A stretch of DNA of 64,000 nucleotides from an uncultured delta proteobacterium (GTDB taxonomy: Bacteria; Desulfobacterota; Binatia; UBA9968). Both the position numbers and the translations under genes were made by a program. This document shows positions 42,871-52,249 of this stretch, one piece after another. The notes under the pieces were generated by a model. The model did no database searches and was not told where the DNA came from. It was given only the letters and a program-made list of their open reading frames with translations. The stretch is taken from the NCBI GenBank assembly GCA_963755715.1, contig CAVWLW010000052.1, forward strand, positions 32,001 through 96,000. The letters run 5' to 3'. The number at the start of each line of letters is the position of its first letter. The stretch's first letter is position 1.

Positions 42871-44445
42871 CGGTTTCGCCAAGTCCCTGGCACGACTATC
42901 GAGTCGTGCCGGAGAAACTAAACCTAGCGCACGATGTGCTCGAGGCGTCGATGACGCGCGGTTGCGGTTCGCTGCCGGCGCTCATCGGCGACTTCGGAAT
43001 CGTCACGTACGAAGCATTGCAGCAAGCGCGTCAACACCGTGGCCGCCGGTTTACTCGATCTGAATTTAAAACGCGGCGATCTCGTTCTCCTCAAGATGAG
43101 TAACTCGCCGGAGTTCGCTGCCGCGTTTCTCGCTGCGGTGAAGCTCGGCATCATTCCCGTTCTGGTCAACTCTCTGCTCACCGCAGTCGAGTTGACCGCG
43201 GTACTCGAACAAACCAGACCGGAGGTGATCTTCACCGAAACATCGCGCAGCGGCGCCGTGCGCGAACTTAGCGGCAGCGGTTTGTTCAAGCACGTCGTTT
43301 GTGCAGGCGAAGCGGCGGGCAGCGAAATACCATTCGATTCGTTGGCTGCGAATTCGGCCACAGCCGTCGCCACGGCCGATACGCGGAGCGATGAGCCTGC
43401 TTTCATCGTCTACACCTCGGGCACCACCGGCAAACCGAAAGGCATCGTCCATGCCCATCGATGGATCGTCGCGCTCGGAGACTTGAACCGTTTCCGCTTG
43501 CCGCCGCAAGAGGACGACGTGGTCATGGCGACAGGCGAATGGAGTTTCATCAGCGCGCTCGGGCACAATTTGCTTTTCCCGCTGCGCAACGGCGTCGCCG
43601 GCGCCATCCTTCCCGGCCGCGCCACAGCGGAAAATGTTTTGGCTGCAATCGAGAAATACAAAGTCAGCGTCCTGCATTGCGTCGCCACCGTTTACCGTCG
43701 GTTGCTTGCCATGCCCGAATTCGAAAAGCAGCACAATTTGAAGAGCCTGCGCTGCTCTCACTCCACGGGCGAAGCTCTGCGCGAAGCAACTTATCAGGAA
43801 TGGAAACGACGCGTCGGTTCCGAGTTGTACGAACACTACGGAGTATCAGAGTATCAGCTCGTCATCGGTAACGGTGTGAGAGATCCGGTGAAACCGGGCT
43901 CCGTCGGCAAACTGCTCCCGGGAGTCGGCGTTGCGATTCTAGATGACGACTTAAAACCCGTCGCTACCGGTGAGCTCGGCCAGTTCGCGATCTCGACTTC
44001 GGATCCGGGACTGTTTCTCGGTTACTACAAAGATCGTGAACGAACCGAAGCGGTGATTCGAGAGGGCTGGTATCTTACCGGCGACCTCGCCTATCAGGAT
44101 AACGAAGGCTATTTTTTCATTGCCGGCCGGCGCGACGACTGCTTCAAAAGCCGCGGCATATTCATCTCGCCGACGGAAATCGAAAATGCCCTGCAAAAAC
44201 ATCCCGCGATCATCGAAGCCGCCGTCGTTCCCGTCGCCGACGCTGACATCGGCAATAAGATTCACGCCATCGTCGTCTTAGCCGACGGCTCCGCACCGTC
44301 AGCTGAGTTCGGCCAATCCATTCGCGAAAGCCTGCGTTTTCAAATCGCGCCTTACAAAATTCCTCACCAGATCGAGTTCAGCGAAAGTCTGCCGAAAAGC
44401 GCGATCGGAAAGATCCTTCGCGCCAGTCTAGGCAAGCCGACATAG
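42867..44445 (+). CDS. Acyl-CoA synthetase, benzoate-CoA ligase-like (frameshift near 43025)
   Basis: YTSGTTGKPKG, YGVSE, TGD, GRRDD, LPKSAIGKILR; ATGA overlap with the crotonase gene. Confidence 0.92.
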
Positions 44446-44545
44446 CGAACCGGTTTTGTTTTTTATTCATCGATTTTTAACATACGCGGGTATAGAATAA
44501 CGCCTACCTCACGAGCTTAATTTTGCTGAACACGGAGGTACCGAA

Positions 44546-45561
44546 ATGAGCGACAGGAAAATCCGAGTCGGCATTATGGGCCTAGGGCAGATTGGCCGGC
44601 AGCTTTACCACCTCGCACTGGAAAAAGACGACATCGAAATCGTCGCCGTTGCCGACATCGGCAAACCGGAAATCATCGAGTATCTGCTCCAAAGTGACGG
44701 CATGGAGGAGCCGTCGTGCAAGCTTCAAGACAATTACCTGACTAGTAAAAAATTCCGCACGCGAATGTTCCAGCTGGCGCGGCCTGAGGAGGTTCCGTGG
44801 GATATTATGAACGTCGACTGTGTTGTCGATGCAACCGGGCGATATCGTCGTCGGCGCGATATGGAAGCGCATCTGCGCGCCGGCGCGAAGCGGGTCATTT
44901 TGGCGTCGCTTCCGTCAGAACCGATCGACCGGATCGTCATACCGGGCATCAATGAAGGCCACGCCACCGGCGCCGACAAAATGATTTCCGCCGGTTCGGC
45001 GACGACCAATGCGTTTGCGCTCTTGTTGCAATTTCTGGATCAGAGTTTGGGCGTCGACTATGCGTCGCTGACGACTGTGCATGCCTATTCGAGCGATCAG
45101 TCGCTGCAGGACTACGCCCACGAGGATTTTCGCCGCAGCCGCTCCGCGGCGGAAAATATCATTCCCAACAACAATGAGTCGGCGCGGTGGGTAGAAATGG
45201 TTCTACCGAAGTTTTCGGGAAAGTTGAGCGGTTACGCGCTCAACGTGCCAGTCCAGCGCGGATCGTTGCTGGACGTGAATTGCGTAATGCACGACGGCAC
45301 CGTGACGGTCGATCAAGTCAACGACGTCATGCGCGCCGCTGCTGCTCAGCAGCCGGACTTGATCGGTAGTCACCGATGATCCGATTGTTTCATCCGATGT
45401 CATCGGTTGCCGGCAATCCTTGCTCTTCGATTCGGCGCGCGACCATCAAAGCAGGAAAGAAAATCGTCAAAGTGCTGGCCTGGTACGAGAGCCTGGGGCA
45501 TGCATGCCGCGTGCTCGACGTGGTCCGGCAATACAGCAAGCTTGACGGAGGTGTAGCATGA
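44546..45561 (+). CDS. GAPDH-like protein lacking the catalytic Cys (indels near 45368 and 45435)
   Basis: GLGQIGR, DATG, GAKRV, SAGSATTN, VHAY, RRSRSAAENIIP, IVSSDVIG, WYESLGH. Confidence 0.88.
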
Positions 45562-46559
45562 GAGTTGCCATTAACGGATTTGGCCGAATCGGTCGCTCCG
45601 TGTTTCGTATTCTGGACAAGCGGACCGACGCCGAGCTGGTGGCGATCAACGACGTCTTCGACCACGATGCGCTGCGGTACTTGCTCAATTATGACACCGT
45701 CATGGGACGATTCTCGGGCACCTTGCGGCTCGAAGGCGATGAGTTGGTCACGTCGCACGGTCGAACCCGCATGCTGCGCGAAAAGGATCCGCTTAAATTG
45801 CCGTGGCGCGAGCTCGGCATCGACGCCGTCATAGAATCGACGGGGATATTCACCAGCAGGGAACAGCTTAGCAAACATTTGGAGGCCGGCGCCAAGCGCG
45901 TCGTGCTGACCGTGCCGGCGAAGGATGCGATCGATTATACCGTCGTGATCGGCGTTAACGATGACGGGCTCAAGCCGGAGCACCGGATGATTTCCAACGC
46001 GAGCTGCACCACCAATTGTTTGGCGCCTATGGCAAAGGTGCTCCATGATTCATTCGGTATCGTCGAAGGGGTCATCAATACGGTGCACGCTTATACGAAC
46101 GACCAGCGTCTGGCCGACGTGCCGCACTCGGACTGGCGGCGCAGCCGCGCCGCGGCAGAGAATATCATTCCAACCTCCACGGGCGCCGCGAAAGCGGTCG
46201 GCGAGGTGTTGCCGCAGCTGAAAGGCCGGCTGGACGGTATCGCCGCACGTGTGCCGGTGCCCGACGGTTCGGTGGTCGATTTGTTTGTCGAGCTGGAGAA
46301 AAGCGTCAATCCGGATGACGTTCATACCGCGATAAAATCTGCGGCGGCGTCGGAACGGATGAAAGGTATTTTGCAACTCATGGAAACGCCCGTGGTGTCG
46401 TCGGACGTGATCGGCAATTCCCACTCTTCTATTTTCGATCCGGCATTTACCAGCGTTACCGGCGGCAAATATCTAAAGTGCCTCAGTTGGTACGACAACG
46501 AGTGGGGATATTCGAATCGCGTCTGCGATTTGCTCGGTTTGCTCGCGCGGTGGGGATAG
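45558..46559 (+). CDS. gap: Type I glyceraldehyde-3-phosphate dehydrogenase
   Basis: GFGRIGR, SNASCTTNC, VHAYT, PTSTGAAK, RVP, WYDNEWGY. Confidence 0.97.
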   Translation: MRVAINGFGRIGRSVFRILDKRTDAELVAINDVFDHDALRYLLNYDTVMGRFSGTLRLEGDELVTSHGRTRMLREKDPLKLPWRELGIDAVIESTGIFTSREQLSKHLEAGAKRVVLTVPAKDAIDYTVVIGVNDDGLKPEHRMISNASCTTNCLAPMAKVLHDSFGIVEGVINTVHAYTNDQRLADVPHSDWRRSRAAAENIIPTSTGAAKAVGEVLPQLKGRLDGIAARVPVPDGSVVDLFVELEKSVNPDDVHTAIKSAAASERMKGILQLMETPVVSSDVIGNSHSSIFDPAFTSVTGGKYLKCLSWYDNEWGYSNRVCDLLGLLARWG

Positions 46560-46687
46560 GCCGTCTCAGCGACGGCTACACACCGGCTGCATCGAGTCGG
46601 CTTCGGCTTCGTGCTCAGTTTCGATCGCGCCAACGAAGCGATCCAAGCGCGTCGAAGGCTTGATGCAGGAGCGAGACACGCATACTC

Positions 46688-47290
46688 ATGGCTTCCTGGG
46701 TCATCGCATTCATCTCCTCGACTGGCTACTTTGGTATTTTGCTACTTATGTTGGTTGAGAACGTCTTTCCACCCATTCCATCTGAATTGATCATGCCACT
46801 CGCCGGCTTCATGGTCGCTCAAAATAAACTCACATTCCTCGGTACCACCCTGGCAGGCATGGCCGGTTCTGTCATAGGCGCGTTACCGTTTTACTATGGC
46901 GGCAAAAAACTCGGTGAGGAGCGCGTGAAGCGCTTTGCTGACCAGTATGGCCGTTGGCTGACTGTATCCAGACAAGACGTTGACCGTGCGTCGCGGTGGT
47001 TCCACAAGCATGGGGGCGCCGCTGTGTTGCTGTGCCGCCTTATCCCCGGCGTGCGTTCCCTCATTTCGGTTCCCGCCGGAATCGCCGGAATGAACTTCGT
47101 GAAGTTTCTCTTCTATACGTCCTTAGGAACTGCTCTTTGGGCTGGGTTGCTGACCTATCTCGGGTATATGCTTGGAAGTAACTTCTCGAAGGTCGGCAAA
47201 TACCTCGATCCTGTGTCGTGGATCGTATTCGGCGTAATCGGCGCCTTATATCTCGTGCGAGTTCTGATGCATAAGCGAGCGCAGGCTTGA
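46688..47290 (+). CDS. dedA: DedA family membrane protein
   Basis: ENVFPPIPSELIMPLAGF; RLIPGVRSLISVPAG. Confidence 0.95.
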   Translation: MASWVIAFISSTGYFGILLLMLVENVFPPIPSELIMPLAGFMVAQNKLTFLGTTLAGMAGSVIGALPFYYGGKKLGEERVKRFADQYGRWLTVSRQDVDRASRWFHKHGGAAVLLCRLIPGVRSLISVPAGIAGMNFVKFLFYTSLGTALWAGLLTYLGYMLGSNFSKVGKYLDPVSWIVFGVIGALYLVRVLMHKRAQA

Positions 47291-47310
47291 TCTCGAGGAG
47301 GGATGTGAAA

Positions 47311-48193
47311 ATGGCAGATGTACCAGGCGCTCAGATCCCAGTCACGCTGCGACCGGGACGTCCAACCGATATCAGCGCGTGCGGCAGAATTTGCTACGAG
47401 GCGTTTGAAGCCATTGCCCGCCAACATAACTTTGCTCCCGACTTTCCGTCCGTGGACGTCGCGACCGGTCTGATCACGATGCTGTTGTCACATCCGCGGT
47501 TCTTCAGCGTTGTTGCTGAAGCGAGCGGCGAGGTTGTGGGCAGCAACTTTCTCGACGAGCGCTCTGCGATCGCTGGCGTTGGCCCGATCACCGTGAATCC
47601 CAGGGTGCAGAATTTGAGGATCGGTCGCCGCCTGATGCAGGCCGTTCTCGACCGAGCCACAGAGCGAAAATTTCCAGGTGTCCGACTTTTGCAGTCCGCA
47701 TACCACAGCCGATCTCTCGCGCTCTATGCGACGATGGGTTTTTTACCTCGAGAATCCATCGCCTGCATGCAAGGCCCCGCGATCGGGGTTTTGCCGTCCG
47801 GCTATCAAGTGCGGCGGGCCGATTGAGGCGGACCTTGAAGTCTGCAATCGTGTCTGCACGTTCGTTCACGGTCATGACCGCGCTGGGGAGACGCTCGACG
47901 CGATCAAGCTGGGGACGGCGACCGTCGTGGAGCACGAGGAACGCGTGACCGGCTACGCGACGGATTTGGGCTTCCTTGCGCACGCCGTCGGCGAGACCAA
48001 CCGGGACCTGATGGCGCTGATCGGCGCTGCGTCCGCTTTCGCCGGCCCAGGCATTCTTGTGCCTCTCCGCAATGGGGCGCTATTTCAATGGTGCCTGGGC
48101 CACGGCTTACGCGTGGTACAAGTCATGACCTTGATGACGACCGGACTTTACAACGAACCGGCGGGAGCCTACTTGCCGTCCGTGCTGTATTGA
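47311..48193 (+). CDS. GNAT family N-acetyltransferase, two-domain (frameshift near 47822)
   Basis: GPITVNPRVQNLRIGRRLM motif A; LALYATMGF; C-terminus YLPSVLY in the next frame. Confidence 0.88.
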
Positions 48194-48262
48194 CTGGCCT
48201 TCGACCACATTACAGGGCGGTCGACGGAATAGCTCTCAAGCACACGGTGAATGCTTGGGCTG

Positions 48263-48640
48263 CGGCGCGAATCCAAATTGACGCTGTACTGAAACGTATG
48301 CCGGGGAAATGTCCACAGTGTGGATCGAGGACTTATTTGGCCAGAACGACAATACAGACCGACCTGCTTGAAATCCAAAATATCCCATGCACGGTATGCC
48401 AGGAGTGCGGAGACGAGCAGATCGGACAACTGGTTCAGAAGAAAATCGATAAGATTCTCGACCGCGCAGCCAAAGGAAAGCTCAAAACGTACGTGGTGGT
48501 GATGTAATTGTGGAACTCGCATCTAGGTGTGGCGACACACTGGCAATTGACGTTGCCGAATCCATCCGCGCAAGCCTTGAAGTTGCCCCTAATAAAATTG
48601 CTCCAACATCGAGTTCACGAAAGTCTGCCGAAAAGCGCGA
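48263..48640 (+). repeat. Direct repeat copy A (Zn-finger gene plus decayed ligase 3' end)
   Basis: Aligns by eye with 51461-51846; ends in CGAAAGTCTGCCGAAAAGCGCGA, identical to 44382-44404. Confidence 0.92.
48298..48507 (+). CDS. YgiT/MqsA-type zinc finger protein
   Basis: CPQC...NIPCTVCQECG; 69 aa. Confidence 0.85.
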   Translation: MPGKCPQCGSRTYLARTTIQTDLLEIQNIPCTVCQECGDEQIGQLVQKKIDKILDRAAKGKLKTYVVVM

Positions 48641-49170
48641 CTGCTATTATCAGTTCGCAGCTCGACTTTTTCAAGCTCCCTGATTAATCTACGCAAGCTG
48701 CCCGATGCTACTGTTGGCCATCACTGAAACTCTCTAAAGAGATATTTAAAACAGCGGAGACGCAGGAACCGTACAAGGGCGTTGTAGAGTGTTTCTGTTT
48801 CTCTTCAGTCATCCTATTTTCGCCTGATCGCACTGGAATCTCATCCACGTCATTTGTTGACGCTAAAGCGCCATTATGGCCTTGAACTATTTGACTACCC
48901 GTGTGCCGGTTTTATCGTTTTGATTTCGTCTTTATCCTCAAAGTAATCGCCGCCTTCTTTTGTCAGATACTAAGAGACCAATTTTGTATCGTCCTCCGAG
49001 TCCTTCAAACATAATCGGACGGTCCATTGGCAGCAGTGTCAACTCGAACGCTGGTTTCGTCATTACTTTGTCACGGCCCAGAACTCGCAACACAGGTTGC
49101 CACTATGCAGGATACGTCAAATGTCAGCAGTCAGACGGCAAAGGGTTGCAAAGTAGAAGGAGTTCGACAG

Positions 49171-49674
49171 ATGTCTTTGGATTCATCCTCATCCCTTCTC
49201 AGTCTGAACGCTCTAATTAGTTTAACTCGTTCTTCGGGCCAGGCTCTTGTCGAATTCACGTTCACATTCTTAATTTTGCTGATTGTTGCCTGGATACCGG
49301 CAGATTTTGGGCTTGCGTTCTATAGCGGACAGCTTGCTCAGAACGCCGCGCGCGAAGGAGCCAGAATTGCGGCTGCGGATTTTACACTCGTCAGCGGAAC
49401 AACTAGCTGTGTCATGCCTTCTTGTACGGCAAACATATTTAAGGAAACCGCAGGTAGGCTTTCGTCGGCGCTCCTTCCAGCCGCTACGATCACGCTGCAA
49501 TTGGATCCCGATACCATTACAAACTGCAACCGGATGGTCACGGTCACGGTATCTGGAACTTACAACTTCTTTTTCTACCAGCTCCTACGTTGGACGGGGG
49601 TCACAACAAACCTAAACAATACGCCAATAACTCGTCAAACACGCATGAGGTGGGAGGCCCAAGCGGGATGCTAA
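49171..49674 (+). CDS. tadE: TadE-like pseudopilin
   Basis: GQALVEF prepilin motif; AAREGAR; AAGGAG RBS. Confidence 0.9.
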   Translation: MSLDSSSSLLSLNALISLTRSSGQALVEFTFTFLILLIVAWIPADFGLAFYSGQLAQNAAREGARIAAADFTLVSGTTSCVMPSCTANIFKETAGRLSSALLPAATITLQLDPDTITNCNRMVTVTVSGTYNFFFYQLLRWTGVTTNLNNTPITRQTRMRWEAQAGC

Positions 49675-49717
49675 CGCGTGAATTCGAAGTGGATCGCGAA
49701 AATAGGAGGACAAGCCC

Positions 49718-50236
49718 ATGAACGCTATAAGCAAAAATAGAACGATGCAAAATAATCAAAGAGGTCAGAGTATCGTAGAGATTTCACTCATTACTCCGCT
49801 TCTGCTTATCGCGTTGTATATACCCGCCGATTTCGGTGTTTCGTTTTTTATGGGTAACCTCCTTCAGACTGCGGCTCGGGAGGGAGCTCGAATCGGCAGC
49901 GGACTGCAAAAGAGCGGAAGTGTGCCCAACCTATTCTTCAGCTCGGCTGAAGCGGATACGGTGAAAACAGAAGTCATCAACCGATTGCCAGCCTATCTGA
50001 CAAACAAGACTGTCACAGTAACCTTCTACACAGGAACTGCTTGCATGGAATTCGTCGAGGTGACGGCCCAGGGTCAATACAATTTTTTCATGTATAAGTT
50101 AATACGATTGTTTGGCGGTAACGCTCCAAACTCTATCAGTATCTCTCGGACAACACAGATGCACTTCAAATATCAGCCCTACATGAACAATGACTACTGT
50201 ACGACTGCGACCACTTACGGACCCTATTCTGCTTAG
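49718..50236 (+). CDS. tadE: TadE/TadF-like pseudopilin
   Basis: RGQSIVEI; AAREGAR; AGGAGG RBS. Confidence 0.9.
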   Translation: MNAISKNRTMQNNQRGQSIVEISLITPLLLIALYIPADFGVSFFMGNLLQTAAREGARIGSGLQKSGSVPNLFFSSAEADTVKTEVINRLPAYLTNKTVTVTFYTGTACMEFVEVTAQGQYNFFMYKLIRLFGGNAPNSISISRTTQMHFKYQPYMNNDYCTTATTYGPYSA

Positions 50237-50252
50237 GTCAATGGAGGCTTAT

Positions 50253-51280
50253 ATGCAGCCGCTAAAAAATGAACAAGGTTATGCGCTCGTCTTCATGACT
50301 CTGATGATCGTTTTGCTCTTGATCATGGTCGGCATGGGGTTAGACACCGGGCATCTGGCATATGTTCGATCTCAGGGACAGCCGGCCGTGGATGCGGCCG
50401 CTCTGGCTGCCGCTTCTGCAATCCCAAGTGGAAACTGGTCGACGGTTACAGACCGAGCGGCAAAGTTTAATCCCGGCGGGACCAATCCCGGCACCGGAAA
50501 CAATTATCTAGACAGTCCGCAAGAATCAAATTAGTCAAAAGAACGTGACCCTCGTGAAATATGACAACGCGACCGGCGGATTTACCACGTCAGGAGTCAA
50601 TATCAACAATGCGAACGGAGCGCGTGTCGCATTAGAAAATACCAATCCCTACGGCGGCAGCGCTGCGCAAGCTATGAAATCGCCGCTGTTTTTAACGCCT
50701 TTACTCAATTTGTTTGGGCAATCCGCAAAAACCACGGCCGACGTAAATGTCAGCGCTGTTGCAGTGAACCAAGCTCTTCCCGGACTGCCGATCGTAGTCG
50801 TGCAAGGTCTCTGCGGCCAACCCGGGGATGTGGAGCTAGATTTTCAGTCGGGGGGCAAAAGCACCGGCGGCTGGGAAACTTACCAAATAGACAACGCCAG
50901 CAGCAGTGAGGTTCGCGACCTGTTCGACAAGCTGCCTTACTGCGCGGGCCAACCGGCAATCGATGTTGGCTATTGTGGAAATGTCGCAAACGGCGTCAAT
51001 GCAACGGTATTTAATGGCAACCTCAAACCTATGTTCAAGGCCGACCCGTCGCGTTGCTATCTGATTCCGGTGATACCGAATGGGGGCAATTTAAACCAGT
51101 GCCAAAACATCGTAGATTGGGCCAAATTTTGCCCCGCTAAAGGGAATCAACACCGCCGACGCCTTCCCGAGCCAAGGTGTGCTCAAGGGAACCGTCACTT
51201 GCGGCCAGAATGTTTTCGACTCAAGAGACAGTCTATGTTACGTTCAGCGCCTGGTTCGCGATAAAATATCCGGGATGTAG
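50253..51280 (+). CDS. tadG: TadG-like pilus assembly/tip protein (indels near 50520 and 51143)
   Basis: EQGYALV, hydrophobic helix, D.G, AVDAAALAAA; Cys-rich C-domain; reconstructed end QRLVRDKISGM*. Confidence 0.82.
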
Positions 51281-51460
51281 TGATACATTAGGCCGAGAGG
51301 ACATGATGGACGCTCCGGTCGTATTTCTGTCTCACCGGGAGATAATTTGCGCTCCAGACCGATCGTTAAGAGTCCGCTTGCGTTAGCTTTGCGATTGAAT
51401 TGAATTCTCCATCAGTAATGTCCTGCGTAAATGCAGAAGCGAGCACTTTTGCGCGATCGA

Positions 51461-51870
51461 CGGCGACGAATTTAAATTGAGGTTGCACTGAAGCCTATGC
51501 CAGGAAAATGCCCGCAGTGCGGATCAAGGACTTATTTGGCCCGAACGACAATAAAGAGCGAACTCATCGAAATCCAAAATATTCCCTGCACAGCATGCCA
51601 GGAATGCGGAGAAGAACAGATCGGACAACTGGTTCAGAAGAAAATCGATAAGATTCTCGACCGCGCAGCTAAAGGAAAACTCAAAACATGTATGGTGGTG
51701 CTGTAATCGTGAAACTTGCATCTAGGTGTGGCTACACACTGGCAGTTGAAGTTACTCAATCCATCCGCGAAAGCCTTGCTCCCAAATCGCCTTAATAAAA
51801 TTGCTCAGAACACCGAGTTCACTAAAAGTCTGCCGAAAAGCGCGATTGAAAAGATTCTGCCCGGAGAGCT
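51461..51870 (+). repeat. Direct repeat copy B (Zn-finger gene plus decayed ligase 3' end)
   Basis: Aligns with copy A; tail translates to QSIRESL and EFTKSLPKSAIEKIL, like the ligase C-terminus. Confidence 0.92.
51497..51706 (+). CDS. YgiT/MqsA-type zinc finger protein (paralog of 48298..48507)
   Basis: CPQC...CQECG; highly similar to copy A. Confidence 0.85.
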   Translation: MPGKCPQCGSRTYLARTTIKSELIEIQNIPCTACQECGEEQIGQLVQKKIDKILDRAAKGKLKTCMVVL

Positions 51871-52249
51871 AGCGAGACTAGAGTTAGCATCAAAGCGTTC
51901 TGCTGCACTAATATCGTCAGGATGAACTCATTTCATTTCTGATCTACGCTTTCAACTGAAGCGTCTTTCAGTTCACTCATCGGATCGTATTTTCCTTGAC
52001 TCGCCTCTTTCTTTTGCCCTATTTTACAGGCATATGATTTTCACGACATGACTGCCATCCGGTTTCATCTTCGGCTCGCGTTCCAAAAACGTGAGCCGGA
52101 TTCTTCAATTGTGACAAGTTTTTAGATGAGACGATTTTGATGATGAGGAGCCAAGAGCGGTCGACCGCTGATGGCTGACAGGGTATTACGTGTTGTTCAG
52201 AAATTGAACGTGCGAATACAAACGAGATCAAGACAAGAGGATATTTCCT

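Noticed and set aside
46560-46582. Hairpin CCGTC-tcagc-GACGG-CTACA after gap as a terminator or island boundary
   Set aside because: It has no U tract and occurs once; it may be a GTAG-type REP remnant but is too short to support a call.
45558-47290. gap-arsJ arsenate detoxification module
   Set aside because: The downstream gene is DedA rather than the MFS ArsJ, and no ars genes are present.
51716-51925. ORF MHLGVATHW... as a real gene
   Set aside because: It is a chance reading across the decayed ligase tail, and the equivalent region in copy A is disrupted.
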